From the NCBI RefSeq assembly GCF_018977255.1, contig NW_024704748.1:27156001-27220000 (forward strand): DNA of 64,000 bases, written 5' to 3'. The notes below the pieces were generated by a model. It searched no databases and was not told the origin of the DNA. It worked only from the letters and a program-made list of their open reading frames with translations. Below, piece by piece: positions 1 through 16,275 of the stretch. Position numbers and translations under genes: made by a program. The stretch is from Callorhinchus milii. Its lineage: Eukaryota. Numbering within the stretch: the first letter of the stretch is position 1; the number at the start of each line of letters is the position of its first letter.

Positions 1-621
1 TGGGCTTGGCGGGTACAACCGGCAAGTGAGGGGTTAATTCCGCCAACAGCCCATCTTCACAGGTCGTGTAATGCTGGGAGGGTCGAGAGCAGGTCCTACC
101 CCCACGAGGTTAGTGATATGGTCAAAAGGTTGTATTAAAAAGGCAAGTTTAAGGCTTCAATGAAGCAGACAGACAGCCCCCACCCACCCACCACCACCAG
201 AGTGGGGTAAACCGTTTCACACCCTCCTCTCCATATCCATCAACTCACGTGAGCAACGGGTGGGGGGGGGGGGGGCAGGGGAGAAGGACAGGACAAGACC
301 CCCCCCCCCAACTCCCAGGTAATGGGTCAACAAATCAGCTCCAGATTGGGACAGTTTTCGTGCTGTGAGCCTCACAAGGAACTGGGATACGTGTAGGTGT
401 GTGTACACCTGCACAATGGGGGAGGGAGGGTGCGATCCAGGAGCGAGGGGCAGTGATGGGGGGGTAATGGGAGGGGGCCTGGGGTGGGCGGGGGTTCTGT
501 GTGGTTTCCTATCCCGGGTAGGTTAGTCTACACTGCGACTCTTGGGGTAATTATGGCAGGAGGTCGGACATCGTAAACAAACTGACGAGTTGCAAATGGC
601 CTGTCCCCCACGTGATTAAAA

Positions 622-1240
622 ACACACACACACCCCAACATAGTCACTCACGTGCACAAGCTCTCACACACACACACCCCAACATAGTCACTCACGTGCA
701 CAAGCTCTCACACACACACACCCCAACATAGTCACTCACGTGCACAAGCTCTCACACACACACACCCCAACATAGTCACTCACGTGCACAAGCTCTCACA
801 CACATGCCCAACATACAGTCACTCACGTGCGCGAGCTCTCACACACATGCCCAACATACAGTCACTCACGTGCACAAGCTCTCACACACACACACCCATA
901 GTCACTCACGTGCACAAGCTCTCACACACACACACCCAAACATAGTCACTCACGTGCACAAGCTCTCACACACATGCCCAACATACAGTCACTCACGTGC
1001 GCGAGCTCTCTCTCACACACACCGCCCCCCCAACATAGTCACTCACGTGCACAAGCTCTCTCTCTCTCACACACCGCCCCCCCACGTACACTCACTCACG
1101 TGCGCAAGCTCTCTCACACACGCCCCAACATACTCTCACGTGCGTAAGCTCTCACACACACACATCCCAACATACACTTACTCACATGCACACGCTCTCA
1201 CAGACACACACATACTTACCACATACGCTCACATGCACCG
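622..1240. repeat. Minisatellite, ~43-47-bp unit ccaacatagtcactCACGTGcacaagctct(ca)n
   Basis: Roughly a dozen tandem copies, degenerating to the right. Confidence 0.9.
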
Positions 1241-1266
1241 TAATTGTGTCAGATAATAATTCAGAT

Positions 1267-1600
1267 GGGGGGGGCGAGGGGCCGGCCCGAGGGTGGGGTG
1301 GGCGAGGGGCCGGCCGAGGTGGGGGGCGAGGGGCCGGCCTGAGGGTGGGGGGGGGGGCGAGGGGCTGGCCTGAGGGTGGGGGGGGGCGAGCGGCCGGCCC
1401 GAGGATGGGGGGGCGAGGGTGCCGGCCCGAGGGTGGGGGGGGGCGAGGGCTGGCCTGAGGGTGGTGGGGGGGGGGGGGCGAGGGGCTGGCCTGAGGGTGG
1501 GGGGCGAGGGGCCGGCCTGAGGGTGGAAGGCATCGGGGGGGAGGCTGGGCTCGAGGGGGAGGGTGGGCAAGGCCGAGGAGGCGGGGGGGGGGCTCGAAGG
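1267..1600. repeat. G-rich tandem repeat (gagggtggggggggcgaggggccggcc)n, G-quadruplex-prone
   Basis: Direct tandem copies with multiple G-runs. Confidence 0.85.
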
Positions 1601-2193
1601 GGTGGTGGTGTCCCGTGGGAGAGGCCCGAGGGAAAGGCCAAAGGGGAGGGGTAATTGAGGTTAACAGCTCCAAGGTCACAGCGTATCAGTCAACTCAAAC
1701 ACAGGTCAGTGTGAAGTGTTGGTGCAAGTTCGGAGAGTGTGGGCGGGTGGGGGGGACTGGGGGGGTGTATGTCCGTGCCCACTAGGGGGTAGGAGTTTGG
1801 AGGATGAAGGGGTGGTGAAGGAGGGGGTGGGGGGGAAATTAAAATAAAGAATTAATGTTAATTAAGTGCAATTATTCTACAGAATTCCGCCCCCCACCAC
1901 ACACACAGAGACCCCCTCCCCACGGACAGGTAGTGATGTGTGTGCAATATTAGCGGACGGAAAAAGAAAAAGAGGCGGGGGGGGGGGGGCAATCAGGTCA
2001 AGCTTTGTCCATATTGTGCTGGGTTGGCAGCAGATCCCAGCATTGCCCACCTTCCCCCATCCCATGGGCCTCAAGTTGCAAAGGGGCGCTTTCCCCCCTC
2101 ATGTGTAAGCTGGGGCGGGACATTTCCCCCCTGCTGTAGTGTCAGGTGGGGTCTTGGGTGGGTCGTTTCCCCAACCCCCACTGCTAGGTGTCG

Positions 2194-7342
<5,149 letters not shown>

Positions 7343-9841
7343 TCAGTGTCGTTGGTACAGAAATATAGGGACAGGAGGAGGCCATTCAGCCCCTCGAGCC
7401 TGTTCCTCCAGTCTATAAGATCATGGCTAATCTGTACCTCAACTTCAATTAGCCTCCCTTGCCCCGTATTCCTCAATTCGCTGACCCAAATATCTCTCCA
7501 CCTCAGTCTTGGAAATGTGAATGGATCAAGCACCCCCAGCCTTCTGGAGGGGTTTACACAGATACAACCCCCAACAGGGAATGATTTACAGAAAAAATAA
7601 AATTATGCAAAATTACCCCTTAATAATAATAATAATCCTCGCATTTGATATAGCGCTTTTCACGTCGGGAGGACGTCCCAAAGCGCTTCACAGAACACAC
7701 TGTAAAGTGAATTGACTGTATATTTGTGGGCGAACGCGGCAGCCAATTGTGCACAGCAATGTCCCACAAACAGTCGTAGATTGAAAATGACCAATTTATT
7801 ATTGTTTGGGGTTTTGGAGGGATTATTTTCACTGGATCCCACTAATGTAGCCTCTTTAGAGAGATACAGAGGCCAGTTTTCATGAATTTAACTGTTTATC
7901 TGCAGCCTCTCTGCCCCCACCCTCTGGAACGCCATCCTGGAGCCCCTCCGCCTCGCCCCTTCCATTGCCTCCTACAAAGCCCAACTCAACCGTTCCCCTT
8001 TGACCGAGGTTTCAGTCACTCGCCCACCCCCACCCTCGGGAGTGGGAGGCAGTTGGACAAAAAAATGTGGTCACTCAATCCACGACTGTTTGTGGGACAT
8101 TGCTGTGCAATTGGCTGCCGCATTTCACCCACAAATTACACAATCACTGCGCTTTACAGTCCCTTCCCCTTCGCTTCCTCCCTCGCCTCCTTCAAGGCCG
8201 GTCTCAAGACCCTTCTCTTCGATCGTGCCGTTGGTCGCCCTCCCACTTCTCTGCCTTCCCTCACTCCTTCACCACCCCTCCCCCATACACGGGCCCCGAC
8301 ACCTGACTGTTCAGCGCTTTGGGACCTCCTCTCGACGTGAAAGGCGCTCTATAAATGTAATTTTGTTGTATATTCTGTGAGGCACTTTGAGACATGTGTG
8401 TGTTGTGTGTGTCTGTCTCCCTCTCCCTTCCTTTAAGATAAAGCAGCATATCAAATGCAGGGATTATTAGTAATATTATATTATTATGCAACAGCACGAG
8501 CCTACACATAGTGAAGCACATTATGCTGGGAATGACGTGGCGTGTAATTGGGATATAAACAGCGTGTCCCTGGGCTCAATGCTTCTGCTGTGTGTTGTTT
8601 ACTTCCACGACCTGGACCCAGCACTTTGCACTTGCACGGAGTGTCTTATACACACACATCAGACAGAATTCCACCACTGAGCGCTCACAGTTGGTCTTCA
8701 CTACACAAGAAGCACTCTGCGCGGTGTGAGAATCCCACACAGGGAATCACCCACCAGCCACGCCCCCTCATGAAGGGTAGCGTCCCAGAGAGCTTATTCT
8801 CCCCCCCAACCTCACCAATACCCCTCACCCCCTCCCATCTAGAGTCAGCTGTTGCTTGTGTGTCACTGGGATCTTGACCCTCACTTGCTGCAGTGTCCAC
8901 ACAACCAACAGAGAACAGTGACAGGGACAGGTTTGTGCTTCTCAGGGTAACTTCAGCAAGTTAGAGTAAAGAGCGGAGAGCAATCCTTTCACAATCCTCA
9001 TGGCTCAGTGCATGTCCCAACTGCTCTATTGGGAAGATGCTTTAGCAATTCATTTCTACATTAATTTACCTTTCAAAAAACTATGACTGCTAAACTTGAA
9101 ATATAGACTGACGCAAAACAAATATTCTGAATATTCTCAATTGCACATCCTACTTATAAGAACATAAGAATTTGCGGGTGAAAGAAGACCAAGGTCCATC
9201 CAGTTTGCATTCCACCATCCTGGCAGTCGCTTGACATGTTGTGTCCCAAACTATATACTGTATCCCCAGATATTATTTCCTAACAGAAATTAATTAGTGC
9301 TTGAAAGAATCAACACTTTCTGCTTCCATACGGTTACTATTTACTTAGTAAATATTTATTCACTGTTTACTTAGCTCATGTGGAGAAAATCCTGAGCACA
9401 GACTGGATGGCCCAATTACCTTCTCTCTGTGCTAGAACTGTCTAAATCATTCAACATGTGGGAAGATGATTCATGGCCTGATTAATGTCTGTACGTCTAC
9501 AAACACATCACACAGATTCTGCCTCTCTCTGAGAGCTTCTCATTCTAAGCACCATCCTGAGCTGCTGTGGTAGCGGCTGATTCAATACAATGGATGGTGA
9601 ACAGGTGTGTGTGAGAGGTTGGAAGCACAGCCTGTGTGTCTCATTCCTCACAAGCTTGGTATCAATCTCGGCTCAGTCATAGGCAGGGAGGGTGGACAGG
9701 AGGTTTAAGTAGATTGTACAGCACGGAAACAGGCCATTCAGCCACCTCCATAATATTCATTGCATTTCTGGTTAAGCTCAGACTGTATAGCATTTTGAGG
9801 CGTAGCTTTTACGTGAATGTCAAAAGAAGCTGTTATATCAC

Positions 9842-11842
9842 CTCCACCAGGAAACTCTGGTCCTCCTGCGTCAGGCGGCTGTATGTCACCAGCATGCTCT
9901 GCAACATCTTCCACACCAGGTGTCTTTGCTCTGTGTCCTGTGGCCGCAGCCTGGAAACACAAGGATACGGGACAACAGCACGTCAGATCTGAAGCTTGGT
10001 GCACACGGCCACAAGAAACAAAGAAAGCGTACAATGGGAACCTGGGAGTGAGTGAAGGCTAATCTACCTGTCTACCTGGCAAGGTTTGGCTGTGTCACAG
10101 ATCCCAATTCTGATTAAATAATAAATAGTCATTTCTCCGCATTTTCTGCCTCTTTTGACACCTGAAACAATCCCTAACTCAGGATAGTTTATGCCACTCC
10201 TGAATTGGCTGCTGGAGGGTACCACTTGTTCCATGGGCCGAATGGCCTCCTTCTCCTTCGCCTCTCCCATAAAAATCTCGGTGACTATAAACACATGAAA
10301 TCATCGAGTGTGAAATTGAGCTCTGGCACAAAATACACCACCATATTGTTTAGAGAGACATCGCAGTGTTACATACTCTTTCTTCAGGAGGCTGGCATCC
10401 AGAGTCACCAGGCCAAAATGCAGGTCAATAATTTTCTTCAGCACAAATATCTTGCGTCTCAGATCATCCTCGTTCTCTGAGCCATCGCCGTTCACTGCTA
10501 TGTACGTGCACTCTGCAAACTGAGAGCAGGGACAAAGGTCCCAGAGAGTCAGGTTGAACACAGGAAGAACTTTAGAAGCCTGAACAAACCTGAAACAATT
10601 AACAGCGGAATCACTGATACTCAACCTCACCACCAACCAACCCATTCAAAATGGATACCCACAGCTTGCAATACATTGTGTATCTTCCACCTCTAAATAC
10701 TCACATTGGTAAGAATTGCAATGTGTGATGTGTTCATTAATGTTTGAAAACTGCCACATTAATGGCTGAGGACATTGACTAGTATGCAGGTGTGACCTCC
10801 TACACCCCTCACTCCGTTACATTGGTTGGACCCCAAGTCAATACTTTACTTCAGGCCTAAGCATTATGAATGAAGGGTGAGGGGGGGGAAATAACTGGAC
10901 ACCAGTTGATATCTTCAGTTATCAACAGGGCAGAATTTTCACCTGCGTGTTCGCTAACACCATCACAGATTGCAAATGTCACCCCGAGGTAGTTAATACT
11001 TACAGTCACAGACACAGGTTTGAGTTGCTTACCTGATGCAGGACAAAGAGGTGCTGGTTCTCACTGACGAAGGACGTGTAAGTGTCCGAGAGCTTCTCGT
11101 TCAGAGTAATACAGGAAATGAGAAGTGGAGCAAAGAGTGTGTTGATGCTGTCCTCAGTAGCTGGCACCTGTACACAGAGAGCATGAAATAAAAAGAATAA
11201 TCCTTGCATTTGATATAGAGCCCTATCACGTCATCGAGACATCTCAAAGCACTTCACAGAATATACTGTGTATTTCGTGGGAAAAGCTCAGCAGCACAAT
11301 TGCACACAGCGGTGTCCCACAAACAGCCATGGAGTGGAGTGACCAATTTTACTTGCGGAATTTTTGACCAGGACACCGGGAGACAGAAACTCCCTTCCCA
11401 CATGGGAAATCTCAGCTTGGTTTGGAGACTCTTACAACACGGTAATGGGTTTGTGCATGTGCCCACCTGAACAGCCAGACAGGACCTCATCAATGATTCC
11501 GTGGCACTGACAATCCCCCGGACAAAATTGCTCACTCACTCCATGGCTGTTTGTGGTAAGTTGCTGTGCCCAAATTGGCTGCCACGCTTCACTCACAAAA
11601 CTAAGTCGCTTCACTTTACAGTGTATCCTGTGAAGCGCTTTGAGACGTCTCGAAGATGGGGTAAGGCGCTACCTCAAATGCAAGGATGAAATGCAAGAAT
11701 TATTATGATTACTATTCACCGTTACCTCTCCATGTTTTACTGCTGATTTGGCAAACCTCTGCTGCAGGCTGACGTCAAAGTCCGGATCCGTCCAGTAAAA
11801 CAGGACCTCAGCACTCTCGCTGGCGATGAGGAGGCACTTCAT
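9842..11842 (-). CDS. HPS1: HPS1 (BLOC-3 subunit), coding exons 1-4 (aa 1-168), opposite strand to the rest of the gene
   Basis: Exons 11842-11726 (MKCLLIASESAEVLFYWTDPDF...), 11167-11033 (VPATEDSINTLFAPLLISC...), 10519-10377 (FAECTYIAVNGDGSENEDDLRRK...) and 9950-9842 (LRPQDTEQRHLVW...DQSFLVE). All GT-AG and in phase. Resembles the human N-terminus MKCVLVATEGAEVLFYWTD recalled from memory. Confidence 0.92.
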
Positions 11843-11973
11843 CACCTCGGCCCCAGATTCCCCTCCTCACCTCACCCCAAACAGCCCCTCATCCAGCTCC
11901 GCACACCCGTAAACTGCGGTTAGACATCGCTCAAGGCTCTGGATCAAAAGCAAGGATTGTCATCGTTAATAAT

Positions 11974-12939
11974 GTGGGGAGACCCTGACACACAGCCCCT
12001 GGGGGGTGGGGGAGACCCTGACACACAGCCCCTGGGGGGGGGTGGGGGAGACCCTGACACACAGCCCCTGGGGGTGGGGGAGACCCTGACACACAGCCCC
12101 TGGGGGGGGGTGGGGGAGACCCTGACACACAGCCCCTAGGGGGAGACCCTGACACACAGCCCCTGGGGGGGGAGTGGGGGAGACCCTGACACACAGCCCC
12201 TAGGGGGGGGTGGGGGAGACCCTGACACACAGCCCCTGGGGGTGGGGGAGACCCTGACACACAGCCCCTGGGGGGGGGGGGGGAGACCCTGACACACAGC
12301 CCCTGGGGGGGGGGGAGGGGAGACCCTGACACACAGCCCCTGGGGGGTGGGGGAGACCCTGAATACAGCCCCTGGGGGGTGGGGGTGGGGGAGACCCTGA
12401 CACAACAGCCCCTGGGGGGTGGGGGAGACCCTGACACACAGCCCCTGGGGGGGGGGTGGGGGAGACCCTGACACACAGCCCCTGGGGGGTGGGGGAGACC
12501 CTGACACACAGCCCCTAGGGGGGGGGTGGGGGAGACCCTGACACACAGCCCCTGGGGGGTGGGGGAGACCCTGATATACAGCCCCTGGGGGGTGGGGGAG
12601 ACCCTGACACACAGCCCCTGGGGGGGGGGGTGGGGGAGACCTTGAACACAGCCCCTGGGGGTAAGGGGTGGGGGGGGGGTGGGGGGAGGGGGGAAGGGGT
12701 GGGGAGGGGAGTGGGTTGGGGGGAGGGGGGAGGGGTGGGGGAGGGGAGGGGGGTGGGGAGGGGAGGGGTGGGGTGGGTGGGGGGGGGGGGAAGTGGGGGA
12801 GTGGGTGGGGGAGGGGGGAGGGGGGGGGGGAGGGGTGGGGGAGGGAGAGGGGTGGGGGAGGGTGTGGGGGGGGGGGGAGGGGTGGGGGCGGGGGGGAGGG
12901 GTGGGGTAGTGGGGGGAGGGGGGGGGGGAGGGTGGGTGG
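11974..12939. repeat. Minisatellite (gggggagaccctgacacacagcccctggggg)n followed by poly-G-rich tract
   Basis: About 20 tandem ~31-37-bp units with variable G-runs, running into the N gap. Confidence 0.92.
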
Positions 12940-13305
12940 NNNNNNNNNNNNNNNNNNNNNNNNNTGTGAGAGAGAGAGACAGTGTGTGTGAGAGAAGGGA
13001 GAGAGAGAGAGACAGTGTGTGNNNNNNNNNNNNNNNNNNNNNNNNNNNNNNNNNNNNNNNNNNNNNNNNNNNNNNNNNNNNNNNNNNNNNNNNNNNNNNN
13101 NNNNNNNNNNNNNNNNNNNNNNNNNNNNNNNNNNNNNNNNNNNNNNNNNNNNNNNNNNNNNNNNNNNNNNNNNNNNNNNNNNNNNNNNNNNNNNNNNNNN
13201 NNNNNNNNNNNNNNNNNNNNNNNNNNNNNNNNNNNNNNNNNNNNNNNNNNNNNNNNNNNNNNNNNNNNNNNNNNNNNNNNNNNNNNNNNNNNNNNNNNNN
13301 NNNNN
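12940..13305. other. Assembly gaps (N 12940-12964 and N 13022-13305)
   Basis: Runs of N flanked by G-rich and (GA)n/(GT)n low-complexity sequence. Confidence 1.
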
Positions 13306-13929
13306 AGTGTGTGAGAGAGAGACTGAGAGAGAGAGAGAGAGACAGTGTGTGTGTGAGAGAGAGAGAGAGACTGAGTGTGAGAGAGACACAGAGAGAGACT
13401 GAGTGGGAGACAGACAGACAGAGAGACTGAGTGTGAGAGAGGGGATGAATGAGAAGGAGACTGAGTTGACTCGGGTTCTGGGGAGAGAGACAAACACACT
13501 CATACAAGGAGATACAGAGTCTGAGAGAGGGGGTGAATGACTCAGGCCTTGGGGGGGGGTTGGGGTGGGGGGCGCAGAAAGAGTGACACAGAGAGTGAAA
13601 GAGAAACAGAGATAGAAAGAGAGTGAGAGAGAGGAATAGAAACAGAGAGAGAGAGAGAGTTCTGTAACCCGCCATCCACATAGCGAAGGCTCAAACCCAC
13701 ACTTGTTGGATGTCAAATGACCAACTAGTGACTATCGTTTGTGGGCAGTGGGTGCGGTGCGGTGAGTGGCTCCAGGGTGACATGTTTGGCAATGGACTGT
13801 CGGAATCCAGCCCCCCCCCCCCCTGTGCCGGTCTCCAGTCCGGGTCCTGACTAGGAGGGGCCGCAGTGTCCCAGGGCACTCACTGCTGATGGCAGCACAG
13901 CCCGGCCCGGCTCATCGGCAGGTCCTGGA

Positions 13930-14325
13930 AGGGCCGACCAGTCACTGGGGGCCGGGAATCCTCCCCCTCGGCTCCTGGTAACCCCACAGCCAAAGCCCTA
14001 ACTAACGGGGAGGGGGGTCCTCGCTGGACAAGCAGCGGGAAAGCTGCCGGACAGTGATATCAATGGCCGAGCTGTGTGGGTTTAGGTGGTTAGACTCCCG
14101 CGGTTACCCCAACGCACACTCTGGGGTCCCCCCAAGCCTTGGCTCCTGCCAACCTGCGCCTAATACTTTCCAGCATTAAGTAATCAGGATGTATTCCTCC
14201 AGGGAGAGAGAGAGAGAGTGTGCATCCCATTCCAGACCAGGGGACATTTGTGTACACGCTATACAATATGTGTATCTCTGATTTGTGTACCCGCAATGTG
14301 TTTCTGCGAGTCAGACACACGATTG
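13930..14325 (-). mobile_element. Unclassified interspersed repeat (related copies ~29490-29730, 33425-33620, 54565-54840, 55218-55582)
   Basis: Shared blocks gtgtctgacac..gcagaaac, ctctccctggagggacgca.cctgcttacctaattcc, ggagtctaaccagctaaaaccacac, gtccagctaggaccaccc, gttagggctttggct. This copy is reversed relative to the others. Confidence 0.65.
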
Positions 14326-14822
14326 CCCCCAAAAATAAAAATCTCTGCAATCTTCTGCCTGGGAGCGAGAGACTGAGCCAAGCTGAGATGTACATTTTGA
14401 GGAAACATTATCATAATAATAATCCTCGCATTTGATACAGTGCCTTATCACGTCTTCGAGACGTATCAAAGCGCTTCACAGAATTTACTGTAACGTGAAT
14501 TGACTGCATTGTTAAAGCGGGGCAGAGGAGGGGTGGGGTCTAAGGAGTAATTTCTGGTTTCTGTGAAGTTCGGGTTCTGCAAAGTTCCTAAAATCTCAGT
14601 AATTCAATGTTCCGGCACATTCTTGGCTTGAATGTGAGCCAAACAGAAGATTTAGGGCAGCACATGTCCCCTCAGTTAGGCGGCTAATTCTAGGAGCTTC
14701 TCAAATGTTTTTTAAAAGCCGTAGTTGGGGGTGGGGGGGTGATGGGAATTTTGTATTTAGATTCTAGGCCGAGACCCACAGAGCAAAGGGAATGGCAGAG
14801 CGGAGGAATGGGATTGGGGGAT

Positions 14823-14940
14823 GGGGAGAGAGCAGGGGATTGGGGTTAGGGTACTGGGAGAGAGTAGGGGATTGGGGTTAGGGTACTGGGAGAGAGCAGG
14901 GGATTGGGGTTAGGGTACTGGGAGAGAGCAGGGGATTGGT
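14823..14940. repeat. Short tandem repeat (gggagagagcaggggattggggttagggtact)n
   Basis: About 3.5 copies of a ~32-bp unit. Confidence 0.8.
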
Positions 14941-15423
14941 GTGGGTGATGGGGAAGGAGTAGATTTGAGTAGAAAAAAATGGAGTTAAACAAATGAATGG
15001 CCTCATGTTGGGAGGAAGTCCCGAGGTGTTGGACAGTCAGAGATTTGGACCCAAGCCGGGGTTGGGATCAGGAGGGTTGGCGAGTGGGAGGATGACCGAA
15101 GGTGTGGTCAAAGAGGAAGGTCTTGAGACTGGCCTTGAAGAAGGCGGAGGGAGGAGCATCAGTTGCATCTGATGTGTTTGAACAATGGAGTCCAAGGATT
15201 ATATTATGATATTGTGCGCTGCTGCTGGAATTTAGAAAGCCGTGCGCAGCAGTGCAGGTTTCTTCCCTTCCGCTTCTCACCCTGTGAATCCCGAGAACCA
15301 TTCTTCAAATATTGAGCTAACTGTGTAAACACTGGTGTTGGCTCTGAGCTGCTGCTGTGGGAAGATGGTTCCTGTGCTCTAAATCTCCGTGTGAGTGTCG
15401 TGCTTCCCTTCCTGGGCTTCTTA

Positions 15424-15989
15424 TAATAATAATAATCCCTGCATTTGGTACAGCGCCTTATCGCGTCTTCAAGAAGTCTCAAAGCGCTTCTCAGAATATA
15501 TTGTAAAGTAAATTAACTGTATATTGTGTGGGTGAAACACAGTAGCCAATTGCACAGTCGTGTGGATTGAGTGACCATATTATTATTGTTAGTTTTATTT
15601 AAGGGATTATTACCCCTGAGAAAAGCGATCCACCAATCAACTGACTACCGGGTTCCTACTTACTGCTGGTAAACAGCGGTGTGTGGAGAAGGAAACTTCC
15701 CAACAGTTTCGCCCACCCGGGAATCGAACCCCGGTCCTCTCGCTTGCGATGCAAGTGCCCTAACCCCTCTCGACTCTCTTCCCCCTCCTCGCTCCCTCCC
15801 TTCCCTCCCCTCCCCTCACCCTGACCATTTCCCCTCCTCGCTCCCTCCCTCCCCTCCCCTGACCATTTCCCCCCTGCTCGGTCATGACCCAACTGTACAG
15901 CGCCTTGGGACGTCCTCCTGACGTGAAACGCGCTTTATAAATGGAATCTTGTTGTTGTTGTTGTTGTTGTGTTGAGCTACAGGACTCCC
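15424..15989 (-). mobile_element. tRNA-derived SINE interrupted by an L2 3' fragment (~15765-15971, plus strand)
   Basis: The SINE head ...gtgccctaac|...|tgagctacaggactcc is split by an L2 tail ending in (TTG)n. Confidence 0.8.
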
Positions 15990-16275
15990 AAGATGGTTCC
16001 TATGTTGTAATCTCCTGCTATATAAATGCAAGTTTATTGAATATTATGCAATAAGTGTGATTTACCTGGAGGTATTGCTGTGGGTGTGAGCTCAGTTACT
16101 GCCGCATTTCGTCCACAAAGTCCAGTCACTTCACTTTACAGTGTATCCTGTGAAGTGCTTTGAGATGTCTTAAGAAGTGATAAGCTGCTGTATATCAATA
16201 TAAAAGCGCTGTATTATTATCATTATGCTGTTTACCTGGGAGCTCAGCACAGACTGACGTACACTTTTGTCTCAG

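Noticed and set aside
8065-8400. Truncated SINE at 8160 as the left inversion breakpoint, pairing with the partial SINE at 14410-14506
   Set aside because: The SINE resumes at ~8370 after an L2 insert, so the truncation is a nested insertion. The true breakpoints remain unlocated.
11931-13716. Long 'ORFs' of 388-526 aa
   Set aside because: They are translations of minisatellite, poly-G and N-gap sequence with no protein-like composition.
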